DNA of 64,000 nucleotides from Eledone cirrhosa (lineage: Eukaryota). How positions within the stretch are numbered: the first letter of the stretch is position 1; the number at the start of each line of letters is the position of its first letter. The translations under genes were made by a program, and so were the position numbers. Below are positions 1-14,100 of this stretch, in pieces. The stretch lies in assembly GCA_964016885.1 (NCBI GenBank), contig OZ024740.1:338830001-338894000 (forward strand), given 5' to 3'. The notes beneath the pieces are model-generated. The model was not told the origin of the DNA. It searched no databases and saw only the letters and a program-made list of their open reading frames with translations.

Positions 1-3000
1 AGCTATCTAATCCTAACTCCTACATTTCGGGCACACACTAGTCTATTTTGACTTGTCGCAGCTATCTAATCCTAACTCTTACATTTCGGGCACACACTAG
101 ACTATTTTGACTTGTCGCAGCTATCTAATCCTAACTCTTACATTTCGGGCACACACTAGTCTATTTTGACTTGTCGCAGCTATCTAATCCTAACTCTTAC
201 ATTTCGGGCACACACTAGACTATTTTGACTTGTCGCAGCTATCTAATCCTAACTCCTACATTTCGGGAACACACTAGTCTCTTTTGACTTGTCGTAGCTA
301 TCTAATCCTAACTCTTACATTTCGGGCACACACTAGTCTATTTTGACTGGTCGCAGCTATCTAATCCTAACTCCTACATTTAGGGCACACACTAGTCTAT
401 TTTGACTGGTCACAGCTATCTAATCCTAACTCTTACATTTCGGGCACACACTAGTCTATTTTGACTGGTCACAGCTATCTAATCCTAACTCTTACATTTC
501 GGGCACACACTAGTCTATTTTGACTGGTCACAGCTATCTAATCCTAACTCTTATATTTCGGGCACACACTAGTCTATTTTGACTGGTCACAGCTATCTAA
601 TCCTAACTCTTACATTTCGGGCACACACTAGTCTATTTTGACTGGTCACAGCTATCTAATCCTAACTCTTACATTTCGGGCACACACTAGTCTATTTTGA
701 CTTCTCGCAGCTATCTAATCCTAACTCTTACATTTCGGGCACACACTAGTCTATTTTGACTGGTCACAGCTATTTAATCCTAACTCTTATATTTCGGGCA
801 CACACTAGTCTATTTTGACTGGTCACAGCTATCTAATCCTAACTCTTATATTTCGGGCACACACTAGTCTATTTTGACTTGTCGCAGCTATCTAATCCTA
901 ACTCATACATTTAGGGCACACACTAGTCTATTTTGACTGGTCACAGCTATCTAATCCTAACTCTTACATTTCGGGCACACACTAGTCTATTTTGACTTCT
1001 CGCAGCTATCTAATCCTAACTCCTACATTTCGGGCACACACTAGTCTATTTTGACTTGTCGCAGCTATCTAATCCTAACTCTTACATTTAAGGCACACAC
1101 TAGTCTATTTTGACTTCTCGCAGCTATCTAATCCTAACTCCTACATTTCGGGCACACACTAGTCTATTTTGACTTGTCGCAGCTATCTAATCCTAACTCT
1201 TACATTTCCAGCACACACTAATCTATTTTGACTTGTCGCAGCTATCTAATCCTAACTCTTATATTTCGGGCACACACTAGACTATTTTGACTTGTCGCAG
1301 CTATCTAATCCTAACTCTTACATTTCGGGCACACACTAGTCTATTTTGACTTCTCGCAGCTATCTAATCCTAACTCCTACATTTCGGAAACACACTAGTC
1401 TATTTTGACTGGTCGCAGCTATATAATCCTAACTCTTACATTTCGGGCACACACTAGTCTATTTTGACTGGTAGCAGCTATCTAATCCTAACTCTTATAC
1501 TTCGGGCATACACAAGTCTATTTTGACTGGTCGCAGCTATCTAATTCTAACTCTTATATTTCAGGCGCACATAAGTCTATTTTGACTGGTCGCAGCTATC
1601 TAATCCTAACACCTACATTTCGGGCACACACTAGTCTATTTTGACTTGTCGCAGCTATCTAATCCTAACTCTTACATTTCGGGCACACACTAGACTATTT
1701 TGACTTGTCGCAGCTATCTAATCCTAACTCCTACATTTCGGGAACGCACTAGTCTCTTTTGACTTGTCGTATCTATCTAATCCTAACTCTTACATTTCGG
1801 GCACACACTAGTCTATTTTGACTTCTCGCAGCTATCTAATCCTAACTCCTACATTTCGGAAACACACTAGTCTATTTTGACTGGTCGCAGCTATATAATC
1901 CTAACTCTTACATTTCGGGCACACACTAGTCTATTTTGACTGGTAGCAGCTATCTAATCCTAACTCTTATACTTCGGGCATACACAAGTCTATTTTGACT
2001 GGTCGCAGCTATCTAATTCTAACTCTTATATTTCAGGCGCACATAAGTCTATTTTGACTGGTCGCAGCTATCTAATCCTAACTCCTACATTTAGGGCACA
2101 CACTAGTCTATTTTGACTGGTCACAGCTATCAAATCCTAACTCCTACATTTCGGGCACACACTAGTCTATTTTGACTGGTCACAGCTATCAAAACCTAAC
2201 TCTTACATTTCGGGCACACACTAGTCTATTTTGACTGGTCACAGCTATCTAATCCTAACTCTTACATTTCGGGCACACACTAGTCTATTTTGACTGGTCA
2301 CAGCTATCTAATCCTAACTCTTATATTTCGGGCACACACTAGTCTATTTTGACTTGTCGCAGCTATCTAATCCTAACTCCTACATTTAGGGCACACACTA
2401 GTCTATTTTGACTGGTCACAGCTATCTAATCCTAACTCCTACATTTCGGGCACACACTAGTCTATTTTGACTTGTCGCAGCTATCTAATCCTAACTCTTA
2501 CATTTAAGGCACACACTAGTCTATTTTGACTTCTCGCAGCTATCTAATCCTAACTCCTACATTTCGGGCACACACTAGTCTATTTTGACTTGTCGCAGCT
2601 ATCTAATCCTAACTCTTACATTTCCAGCACACACTAATCTATTTTGACTTGTCGCAGCTATCTAATCCTAACTCTTATATTTCGGGCACACACTAGTCTA
2701 CTTTGACTTGTCGCAGCTATCTAATCCTAACTCTTACATTTCGGGCACACACTAGTCTATTTTGACTTCTCGCAGCTATCTAATCCTAACTCCTACATTT
2801 CGGAAACACACTAGTCTATTTTGACTGGTCGCAGCTATATAATCCTAACTCTTACATTTCGGGCACACACTAGTCTATTTTGACTGGTAGCAGCTATCTA
2901 ATCCTAACTCTTATACTTCGGGCATACACAAGTCTATTTTGACTGGTCGCAGCTATCTAATTCTAACTCTTATATTTCAGGCGCACATAAGTCTATTTTG

Positions 3001-3067
3001 ACTGGTTACAACTATCTAATCCTAACTCCTACATTTCGGGCCCACATAAGTCTATTTTGACTTGTCA
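1..3067. repeat. 59-bp tandem satellite, about 52 units, truncated by the window start
   Basis: Unit AGCTATCTAATCCTAACTC(C/T)TACATTTCGGGCACACACTAGTCTATTTTGACT(T/G)GTC(G/A)C recurs every 59 bp. Confidence 0.98.
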
Positions 3068-3177
3068 CTACAGCAAATTTCTGGATAGTATATTAACTAC
3101 TATCTTTGCTGCCGCAGATTGACCCTCAATGTATGACTGAAGATCGAAAATTTGAGTTTGTTTCGTCTCGCTTGACG

Positions 3178-3212
<35 letters not shown>

Positions 3213-3310
3213 ATAATAATACATTTGAAGACTAAAATCCAAAGAGGGCTCGATAAGGATAAATATGTATCAAATATATAAGAACCGTAGAGCAAATATA
3301 TATATATATA

Positions 3311-4199
3311 CTAGCAGCAGTTCCAGCGTTGCCTGGGTAGGTAAAATAATATCTGCTTTGATGAAAAGGTGTTGATCATGGCGACTGCGAGTTTCTTGAA
3401 AATCGGTCGTAAGGTGTAGCAAATGGTGAAATGTTGAGTGAAATCGTATGGAATATGTGGCAGGTGGAAAAAATCGTATTTTGAAGAGTTAAACGGCTGC
3501 CACGCCGTGCCTGAACAAAAACTGCAAAGTGTAAACCTACTATAAGATGTGCAAATGATAGGTTCTATCGTAGTATAAAAGTTGAACCAAATAAATTGAT
3601 TTATGTGTGAGGTGGAGCCGAAGTTTCGAATTTGAACGAAATCAGTTGAAAAATGTGTGAGCTAGAGCCGAAAAGGCGGAAATTTGAGTGAAAAGGTGGT
3701 ATTTTCGAATATTTAAGCGGCTGCCACGCCGTTCCTGAACAAAAAATCAAAAATCTAAAGCTACTTTACGACGTGTAATGTAAAATTTGAACAAAGTAGG
3801 TTGATTAACGTGGGAGCTAGAGCCGAAAAATTTGAGTCTAAAAGTGGTATTTTTTAATATTTAAGCGGCCGCCACGCCGTCCCTGAACAATAAATGCAAA
3901 ATATAAAGCCATTATAGGATGTGCAATGATAAATTCTATTTTGCTTTAAATTTTGTACGAAATCGGTGGCAAAATGTGGGAGCTAGAGCCAAAAATCTTA
4001 TTTTCCGATACCTAAAAAAAGGTGACCCCCCCCCTATCGATTTTTATCAGAAGAATGACCCTCGAATAAATACGCTGATATATAGAAAACACTCGCCGAT
4101 GACTAATCTATGAGCCTGTAAAGTTTCATGAAAATCGGTCGTAAAATGTAGGCCCCTATAGATAATACACAGACACACATACACACACATACTTAATTT

Positions 4200-4205
<6 letters not shown>
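3311..4205 (-). mobile_element. Non-autonomous Helitron-like element
   Basis: On the minus strand the 3' end is a GC-rich hairpin (CCCAGGCAACGCTGG) followed by CTAG. The 5' end is TATATAAAA followed by a (TG/TCTG) microsatellite. An internal subrepeat GG(C/T)GCCACGCCGT-CCTGAACAA occurs at ~3495, ~3719 and ~3867. Confidence 0.65.
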
Positions 4206-4274
<69 letters not shown>

Positions 4275-4388
4275 GGGGGTTGGAGGGTGCATGTGTGTGC
4301 GTCTGTATGTGTGTGTATGCATATTTATTCATTGAACCTTGTTTAACCTTTAAATATAAATAAATATATATATATATATATATATATA

Positions 4389-4730
4389 CAGACTTTGGCA
4401 GAGGTAAACGTATTCCTTCGACCACAACATGATGGGACCAGTTAATCAGGAAATATTTTCTCCCCTGCAGTAGCTTCCTACGAACTCCAATATTGGATAG
4501 TTTCTTCAATAGAATATTGTGAACAACCCTAGCAGAAGTCAAGGCAACTCTCAAAGAACTTCTCCCAAAGCTTTTAGGATGTCATCAATGTGATGCAGAA
4601 GCTGCGTCAAGCTATCTCTACCATCACAGAACCCTTGCCGATTGGATTTCAGCTGATTGTTCCTTTCAAGGAAGTCAGTTATTCCTGATCACACCACACT
4701 TTCTCAATTAGCTTGATGATATGAGAGGTG
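4389..4730 (-). mobile_element. Decayed CR1-like LINE RT fragment
   Basis: The translation ILLKKLSNIGVRRKLL...HVVVEG parallels ILLKKLSNVGVSGR of the CR1-like element at ~46600. Confidence 0.7.
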
Positions 4731-4748
4731 AGTGAGATGGGACGGTAG

Positions 4749-4820
<72 letters not shown>

Positions 4821-4937
4821 CAAAATATTAACAAATGAAAAATATTCGCATAATCAAAATATATACTTTATTATAGATATTTCAAAGGTACTGTGTTGTT
4901 CCAGTACGTTTTCATCAGACAAAATATATGATTTTTG

Positions 4938-4982
<45 letters not shown>

Positions 4983-5108
4983 ATGTATGTATATATATAT
5001 GTGTGTATGTATATATATATGTGTGTATGTATATATGCATGTATGTATATATATATTCACACACATCCGCAAATATATACATTCACACACACAAACACAT
5101 AAATACAT

Positions 5109-5141
<33 letters not shown>

Positions 5142-5409
5142 AACATATATATATGTATGTATGTGTACCAGAGGGCCTTAGCCCCGGTGTTTTTTGCATA
5201 GCTACGGCCTTTTAAATGTTTACCTGTAAACATACAATGTTTCTTTCGAAATACGAAATTTCTATACATATCTGTATACAGCTATGTCTGAAGCTAAATC
5301 CTAATTCTATTCTAGTATAAGTTGAGTCAACTTATGCAGCTTCATATGCAAATGAGATTAATCACATCATTTACACCGACAAGAAAACTATATATTCTCG
5401 ACTGTTTTC

Positions 5410-5517
5410 AGTATGTGTGTGTATGTGTGTCTGTGTATTATCTATAGGGGCCTACATTTTACGACCGATTTTCATGAAACTTTACAGGCTCATAGATTAG
5501 TCATCGGCGAGTGTTTT
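5410..5517 (+). repeat. Inverted copy of the Helitron-like 5' end (4087-4191)
   Basis: Essentially the exact reverse complement of ~4087-4191. Confidence 0.9.
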
Positions 5518-5920
5518 GGTGGATGAGTAGGTTAGTTTTATAGTATGTCTATTGAAAATTGAGTGATATCTATGTGTTCTAGGGAAGCGATTATCGAGAG
5601 CTTTAAAAAATAGTTTAGCAATGTGGGTTTTAATGTTTAGTGAGAAAGGAGGGGCAAACCATATTATATTCCTAGTTCTATTTCTTTTGTGGCTTTTGGA
5701 ATTATTGTAATGCTTTCTATTATAGTTGTTAAGGTTGTGGCCATAATTAAAATAGTTGTTATTTTGTTTAATTTGTTTATCATTATCTATGTACATAATT
5801 TTATCACTATATCCTGCTCTAGCTAACGCTTCATTGTAATAATGGGCTTTTTCGTCGAAAATCTTTTTATTAGATGAGATTCTAGAGATACGTGATTGAA
5901 CAGAGTTTACTATAGTATTT
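5515..5920 (-). mobile_element. Penelope-like element fragment (post-RT linker region)
   Basis: RNIIWFAPPFSLNIKTHIAKLFFKALDNRFPRTHRYHSIFNRHTIKLTYS matches the IIWFNPP...KIFNRNTVKxSYS motif typical of PLE ORFs. Confidence 0.75.
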
Positions 5921-6542
5921 TGTTTATAATTATGATATAAACATATGAATTTTTAAAAACTAGACATAAGATCATTACTTTTCACACATTATAGATACAT
6001 GTCTCATTCATGAATACTGGTACTTACATTATAATGCCTGTTTTATACGAACTAATATTTTCTACGGATAAAACATAGCGGTTTTAAAGTCTGCATCGTT
6101 TATGTCTGGTTATGTTTCATTTTCTCTTTTTCATTTTCTCTTTTTTCTCTCTATATAACGGCTATTTTCTCTCTTAACTACATACATCTCTCTTTACATT
6201 AATACTAGAGCTAAATAAATAAATAAATAAATAAATAAATGTATCAACCGATACTCAACTTCCTAATTTCTCTATCTATCTCTATCTATCTCTTTCTTTT
6301 TTCCTCTCTCTATATATATTTCTCTCTGTTTCTTTACATGAAGTTCTTCTCTTTATCTATCTTTCTATATCCCTCTATTTAGTCACATGCATTTCTTCTT
6401 TTTCTTCGTTTCTCTTTCTTTCTCTCTTTATCTCTTTCTTTTTACAACTGTCCTCAATATTTTTTACTACCAAATCAACCTCCCAAATGCAAGGTGATTG
6501 AAAGGTATGTCTATCTATTTATTTATAAGACTGTTTATATTG

Positions 6543-6608
6543 TATTTTGTCTGAAGATGGCATAACATATTGTTAATATGATATCCCTGAAATATATATA
6601 ACGAAATA
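6543..6608 (+). ncRNA. Type I hammerhead ribozyme motif (PLE-type)
   Basis: TATTTTGT-CTGAAGA-stem II-GAA-ATATATAT-A-ACGAAATA: stem I pairs, core intact, palindromic stem III, AUA cleavage triplet. Confidence 0.7.
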
Positions 6609-6917
6609 AATATGGTTTTATAAATATAGTTTCCATTTATTTAATATCATATATATATATATATATATATTGTTATATTTGGGGAGGGTCATATTTGCGT
6701 AATATTGCCAGAATTAATAACAGAACACACTCACTGTTTGGTTGGTTTTCGCTTCTCGCTGTCTTTTATATATATATATCTGCGATCTAACTTACTCGGT
6801 CCTCAATGTTGCCATTGACTGACCGGCGGTCAAAAATATGACCCTCCCCAAATATAACAATATCTGTTTCGACACACGATTTCATATAAAAAACCTCGCA
6901 AAACTAATTCATCGCCG

Positions 6918-7048
<131 letters not shown>

Positions 7049-7114
7049 GCAAATAGCAAATAGAGAAAAAGTTTTAAAATGAATTTTAAAAAGTTTACTC
7101 TACCTACTATATTT

Positions 7115-7198
7115 ACCCTTACCGCGCGGTTTCAAGTCTCAAAATAAATGGATAATCCATGCAGAAATCCATTGAGAAGAAGACTTTTGTCAGAGGGT
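7115..7198 (-). ncRNA. Hammerhead ribozyme motif, core variant CTGACAA
   Basis: Minus strand ACCCT-CTGACAA-AAGTCT...AGACTT-GAA-ACCGCGCGGT-A-AGGGT, with G8 changed to A. Confidence 0.7.
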
Positions 7199-7600
7199 TC
7201 TTCTCACTCGGAGAATATAAAATTCCCGAGTTCAAATCACGAACTGGCGCCATACAGAACTGTTTCCGGATGAGAGTGTATGATGAAGAAACAATCTTGT
7301 CTAGTGCCGTGTGTAAAGATAGAAGGCAAGGGCGGAAAGGTCAATGTCCTGCCACTAGAAATAGCAGCATTTAAAACGACCAAAATGTTATCTCGATCAG
7401 AGGAGATTAATAATAATAAACTATGTTTTCCTACATGCAAAAAATGCATATAGGGACACATGTATTATCCAACCGTATGCCAATGTGGTTCTATGGCAGG
7501 TTAATAAATTAACGAGCCAGAGCATATATAATCAAGGTTTAGCAAACAGAGAAAAATTTTTAAAATAAATTTATAAAACTTTACTGTACCTACTATATTT

Positions 7601-7684
7601 ACCCTTACCGCGCGGTTTCAAGTCTCAAAATAAATGGATAATCCATGCGAAAATCCATTGAGAAAAAGACTTTCGTCAGAGGGT
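7601..7684 (-). ncRNA. Intact type I hammerhead ribozyme motif
   Basis: Minus strand ACCCT-CTGACGA-AAGTCT...AGACTT-GAA-ACCGCGCGGT-A-AGGGT: perfect stems I and II, canonical core, GUA site. Confidence 0.85.
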
Positions 7685-8049
7685 TCTTCTCACTCGGAGA
7701 ATATAAAATTCCCCAGTTCAAATCACGAACTGGCGCCATACAGAACTGTTCCCGGATGAGAGTATATATATATATATATATATCGTAGAGACGTTAGAAA
7801 ATCGGATACAATACTTTGCAATATTCGTTTCGACTCTCTGAACTACCTGAATTCACATCACACCGAGGTAAACTTTGCTTTTCTTCGATGAAAAAGTACA
7901 TGCATAGTACTGGAGTCGATTCTTCCTCTATATCTCTTTCTCACTTCGCCTCTCACACTTTCCATCCTTCTCTGGAAAAAAATCTGCTGTGTTCAGATTT
8001 GGAGAGGAATGGGCTCCGCCAGGTTTAAAATACTCAAGAAACGCCATAT

Positions 8050-8695
8050 GCCATATACATCATCATCACCATTTTACGTCCATCATCCACGCTAGCATGG
8101 GTTAGATAGGTTGCCCTGTTGTGGGCAATGTCAAGTCGGGTGACCTTGTCTTGCTCAACGGGAACTGATTTTGGCTTGAGTTCTACAGCTAGATGCCCTT
8201 TCTAACACCAACCTCATTTACAGTGAATACTGGGTCCTTTTTTACCGTGGCACCTACACGACCACTCTACAGTGTGGACTGGGTGCTTTTTTGTCGTGAC
8301 ACCTCCACATCCATTTTGCAGTGGCAGGGGTGGGGCCTATTGTCTATATGCTTCAGCTTTGGCTTGTACCTATGGGAAGTCGGGTCTTCTGTATTACTGC
8401 GTAACGCCAGAAGTCTCGGTTCTGTGTCATCGCCTTTAAGAGGTGCAATTGGACGAGATCAGCTTTTATCACCTCACCCCAAGTCTACTTGAGTCTCCCC
8501 GAGGCTTCTATTGACTTTTAGTGCTCTGCACTTTTCCATGCAGCTGTCACCCTTCATACACATCACATGTCCATACCAACGCAGCCCCCTCTCCTGCTCG
8601 CAGCATTTGATTCCTCTTATGCTCAGTCTCTCTCTCAATTCGTTTATACTTTGCCGTTCGCGTATATTACTATTACACATCCATCGGACCATGCA
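8050..8695 (-). mobile_element. RTE-clade LINE 3' fragment (different family from the 27-31 kb element)
   Basis: MVRWMCN...ELRERLSI...GLRWYGHVMCM is the RTE C-terminal LRWYGHV motif; a short (ATG)n-type tail lies at ~8058. Confidence 0.75.
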
Positions 8696-8712
8696 AGCTA
8701 TACATATATAGA

Positions 8713-8754
<42 letters not shown>

Positions 8755-8892
8755 AAAAGTTTCAGGACCCTGACGGCAGAGCTCAAGCCGTTTCCTATTA
8801 CCCTCTCCAAAGTATCGAGTACTCTGGTGCGTTATGATCCACCTGGTTCCTTACCACACTTCCTTCATTATATATATATATATATATATATA

Positions 8893-11700
8893 TAACATTG
8901 ATTACCTATGCAACTTGGAAATTATGGAAAGTAGTTAGTATGGATTACTAACCATTCATAAAATACTTAAAGATACAGGAAATTGTCAAAACTGAGAGAT
9001 ACTGAGATCAGCTGATCTCAGTATAATTGTAAGGACGAGTGTAATTGCCCTAGGACTACAAACTCCAACATATCATCTGAGTCACCTTATAAACTTGCTT
9101 TTGAAACTTGTATGTCCAAATTTCACGAGGTACTTTTGAGATAACATGGATTTTCTCAAATACATTCAATCGACATTTATATTCATTTATACGTGTGTGC
9201 AATACATCCGAATGAATAAACACGACGAAAATCACAGTGAGAGACATCGTGAAGTTGGAAGAACTCCTCATAGAAATATCTTTTGATTCAACAATGCTTA
9301 TTATAAAATGTGCAATAATTAACATGAAGTCACCCGGAGAACTCGTTAAAAATTCTTTAGTGTAAAGAAAGATGACAATATCATCAATGAAACTCAAAGC
9401 AAAGAACTATTCCTGTTTCTGAATGAAAACATTAAATGAAATAAAAGGAAAAAACTGTAAACAATGCCAAAGAGCTCGAAAATATTCCTGAACTAAGGCA
9501 AATTAGTTTAATGGAACAGCATTCGATGCGATAACATTGTGAACTCCAATCAGAATTAATGAGACAAAGGAAATCATATTTACCCGAAAAAATTCTCATT
9601 AGAGAAATAGATGGTGAATACCTACAAGAAACAGAAATCTGTGCAAATCTAGCTGTCTGGATAGAGAAATACCTATTCTATAGTCATGGAATATGCGATG
9701 AGAAGGAACATTTAGAACAATAGGCGCAGGTATGTTTACCAAAATTTCCAAACAACTAATGGTCAATTTCTAATAAAGATTTCAACAGTTATGAAAATGA
9801 GAAACGAAATTCGAAAAATATAAATTCATAAAATTGTGGGAAAAACTACAATGGTTTATCAATTACGAAATAAACTATAGTGAAGACTACAATAAAAACA
9901 AAACAATTAAAAAATAAATGGAAAATTAAGATAAATTAAAGAAAAATATCGGAACAAATTGCAAAGAAACTAGACAAAGAAATCTGTTTAGCAATTGCCC
10001 TGAAACATGCGGAAACTGCTTCAAGAACATTTCAAATACAAACTGGAAACACATATATAACAAACCGAAAATGTAGCTCTTTCAAAAACGAGCGCACAAA
10101 ATAGGGAAAACAATTAAAAGACAATAATACCCAAAATCTCTGATGGAATAGCATGCGTGGAAAAAGACGAGGAAGGATCAAACCAAATTGCGGAGACGAT
10201 AAATAGAAGACGCGGTATTCGGAAAACTGCATCCTTTAACTAACAATACTAAACATTTTTAATGGATTAACATGCCTGTAAGCGGAGAGGGATGAGGAAT
10301 AATTGTATGAAGTCAAGAAACAATCAATTATTGGATAAAAATATACACTTTATAAATGAAAGCTTCAAAATATGTTTCGTCATCAAAACCCTACACTTAG
10401 TGGTAATAAAAACACTTTTAACTTTGATTTTAAAGCCTATAGGTATGGGAAAGAAATGACTATGGGTACAAATGTAGCACCTTTGTATGCTAACACTTTA
10501 TGATGCAATCTTAGAGGAAACGTTACATCAGGAAATAGTAACAACATTCGATCGAAACATTAAAGAATATGTTATTGGGAAGTGAAAACGATTTCTCGGA
10601 AACTGCTATTTCTTTTTTTTTTTTTCGAACAAATCAAAAGGCGAGCTACATATAATTTATAACACTCTCTATACGCTCATTACATTCACAACAGAAACCA
10701 AAGTAAAAGAGTTATTGTTCTGATGTATACTCAAAATTACATGATACCAGGATTACAATAGATGTATTTTAGAAATAGACGGACATACATCAATATTTGA
10801 TCATTTATTCGTGTCACCCTTCACACCAAACGGAATATTCGATACTGAATAGCAAGACAAATATGTACCATAGTGCTTGATCTAGAACAACGGTTAATTC
10901 AACTCAATTAGTTTGAAGACTTTCTTGAACTTCAAAAATATTATGCTTTGAATTTAAAAGACGACATAATTAAAACAGTAAAGGAAGTGGACTTATTTAG
11001 ATAAGACGTTGAAGAAGATATTATTCCGTTTGATCTAGAAGTGCCAAATATATTTAATACAATTGTAGCAAACCTGTTAATCCTGCACAGAAAAAGGCCT
11101 TGTGAAAAAAAAAAGCTTAAATAAAAATGGCAAACGCCAAAGAACCCCTAAAATATCTCACAAGGGCAAAATACCTATCAGAAATTAATTCTGAATTTTC
11201 CATATCAACTTTTACAAATAGCAGGTGTGGGATATATAGTTGCAACATCTTTATTTTGGAAACTAGTTCTGAGATGAAATTTAAAATTAAACAATCTTTC
11301 AAAATAAATGCCGACATGAACACCTCGTATAACATAGATTATTTAATATATAGCATAATCTGTACCAACTACAAAGAAAATTACATCGATCAACCGGAAA
11401 ACCATTATTTAAAGAAACATTTCACTGAACAGAAATTTCGAAGTATTACTTTTCTACAATGGGCAAGAAATGATTTAAAATGCTGGCAAGAAATGGAGAA
11501 ACATTTTATTAAAAAAATTTACTTTGAAAGTAAACCATAACAGTTCTACACAAAGAGATGCGAAAATCTATATTGGGAACTTCCGGTTTGATCGCCCTAA
11601 TAATAGCAACTTACATTATATATTGATAAGTGGTATGATGGACGAAAGCGCTAGATTCAAATCTATTTATTCTATAATTTCTTCTGATAATGATAGTTTA
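8893..11700 (+). mobile_element. Decayed near full-length Penelope-like element (RT + GIY-YIG)
   Basis: EMTMGTNVAPLYAN at ~10453 (cf. GTAMGTxxAPxYAN), *KRFLGNCYF at ~10583 (cf. WxRFxDD), HQYL...SCHPSH at ~10790, and LIYSIICTNYKENYIDQ (GIY-YIG-like) at ~11340. Many stops and frameshifts. Confidence 0.8.
11620..11656 (+). ncRNA. Degenerate HHR at the PLE 3' end
   Basis: TTGATAA-GT...AC-GAA-AGCGCT-A-GAT: palindrome retained, core decayed, directly downstream of the GIY-YIG region. Confidence 0.45.
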
Positions 11701-11731
11701 TTAATATAGTATCGAAAACATTTCCACACTT

Positions 11732-11733
<2 letters not shown>

Positions 11734-11794
<61 letters not shown>

Positions 11795-11804
11795 TACACA
11801 CACA

Positions 11805-11865
<61 letters not shown>

Positions 11866-11908
11866 ACACATACACACACACACATACACACACACACACA
11901 AACACACA

Positions 11909-11950
<42 letters not shown>

Positions 11951-12040
11951 TACACACACATACACACACACACACACAAACACATACACACACACATATA
12001 CGCACACACACACACAAACACACACATACACACGCATATA
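11734..12040. repeat. (CA)n microsatellite
   Basis: Visible dinucleotide array. Confidence 0.97.
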
Positions 12041-12183
12041 TGTGTGTACAAAGAAAGACGGATAGAATGATTGACGTTTCGACAGCTGGATCCGGATCTT
12101 TTCCTATTACCCACTCTACAACCCGAAGTATTGAGTACTCTGGTGCGTTATGGTCTACCTGGTATCTTACCACAGATTCTTTG

Positions 12184-12249
<66 letters not shown>

Positions 12250-12252
12250 AAG

Positions 12253-12459
12253 GATCGATCGACTTTCGTCAAATCGGACCGAGGAAACAATGTTTTCGTC
12301 GGTCTTTCCAGTTGCTAATACTATCTATCGGTCACAACTCCAGGTAGAAGGAGCAACGTGAAATAAAGTGTCTTGCTCAAGGACATAACGCATCACCCGG
12401 TCCAGGAATCGAACTCACAATCTCAAGATTGTGAATCCAATTATCTAACCACTCAGCCA

Positions 12460-12461
<2 letters not shown>
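12253..12461 (-). mobile_element. tRNA-derived CORE-type SINE
   Basis: Minus strand A box TGGCTGAGTGG, B box GAGTTCGATTCC, CORE-like TCCTTGAGCAAGACACTT; a homologous copy lies at 59251-59400. Confidence 0.75.
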
Positions 12462-12498
<37 letters not shown>

Positions 12499-13074
12499 AG
12501 CTGTCTCAGTGTGTCCACTCACCCACATACACACACGCACGTACACACATAGACACACACACACACATATATATATAGGATAGATAGCTAGATAAATAGA
12601 TAGAGAAAGCGAGAGAGAAAGAAAGAGAGAAAGAAAGCGAGAGCGAGAGAGAGAGAGCTAATGATTTTGAACCATATTACAGCTTGTTTATCTGCAACAT
12701 GTCTTAATTACTACCATTACTACCGCTGTTGCTGTTGCTGTTGCTGCTGCTACTACTACTACTACTACTACTGCTACTATTATTATTACCATTATTACCA
12801 TTATTATCATTATTATCATTATTAGTACTGCTGCTGCTGCTTCAACTACTACCCCTACTGCGATCTGTATTATACCACTAGTTCCACTATCCCAACCAAA
12901 CCCCAACGCCACTAAACCTAACATCATCATGACAACCACTACGATCACCACCATCGCAACTACTACTGCTCCAACCAGACCCACAATTTTCATGGCAATG
13001 ACTACAACCAAACCCACTACCACTCGCACCACAAAAACGGCCAACATTGCCGCCACTACAACCAACACCTCTAC

Positions 13075-14100
13075 CACTAGAATTACAGACCCCCCCCCAC
13101 ACACACACACTAATGACACCACTACACCCAACACACCAACCACTAAAATTACGGACCCCCACTAATGCCACCACTACAACCCACACACCAACCACTAAAA
13201 TTACGGGCCCCGCACTAATGACACCACTACAACCCACACACCAACCACTAAAATTACGGGCCCCGCACTAATGACACCACTACAACCCACACACCAACCA
13301 CTAAAATTACGGACCCCCTGTAATGCCACCACTACAACCCACACACCAACCACTAAAATTACGGACCCTCTGTAATGCCACCACTACAACCCACACACCA
13401 ACCACTAAAATTACGGGCCCCGCACTAATGACACCACTACAACCCACACACCAACCACTAAAATTACGGACCCCCTGTAATGCCACCACTACAACCCAAC
13501 ACACCAACCACTAAAATTACGGACCTCCTGTAATGCCACCACTACAACCCACACACCAACCACTAAAATTACGGACCCCCTGTAATGCCACCACTACAAC
13601 CCACACACCAACCACTAAAATTACGGACCCTCTGTAATGCCACCACTACAACCCACACACCAACCACTAAAATTACGGGCCCCGCACTAATGCCACCACT
13701 ACAACCCACACACCAACCACTAAAATTACGGACCTCCTGTAATGCCACCACTACAACCCAACACACCAACCACTAAAATTACGGACCTCCTGTAATGCCA
13801 CAACTACAACCAACTGCCATACCCCTATTACTAAGTAAACCACCACTACAGCCAACGCCCTTACCACTATGATTACAGAAACGCCCTCTAAGGCAATACT
13901 ACAACCAACACCCCAACCACTATAATTACGGAAACTCCCACTATTGCCACCATTACAACCAACACACTTATCACTAAAATTGCGGAAACCCCCTCTAATG
14001 CAGCTCTACAACCAACTCCCCTACCAGTATAATAAAGGAAACCACCATTACAGCCAACACCCTAACCACTATAATTACGAAAACCCCCTCTAATGCACTA
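13075..14100. repeat. 52/53-bp minisatellite with degenerate flanks
   Basis: Unit CACTAAAATTACGG(A/G)CCCC...TAATG(C/A)CACCACTACAACCCACACACCAAC; homogeneous at ~13140-13810. Confidence 0.92.

Noticed and set aside
1-3067. CRISPR-like array
   Set aside because: Contiguous units with no unique spacers, eukaryotic context and no cas genes; the same applies to 38800-40228.
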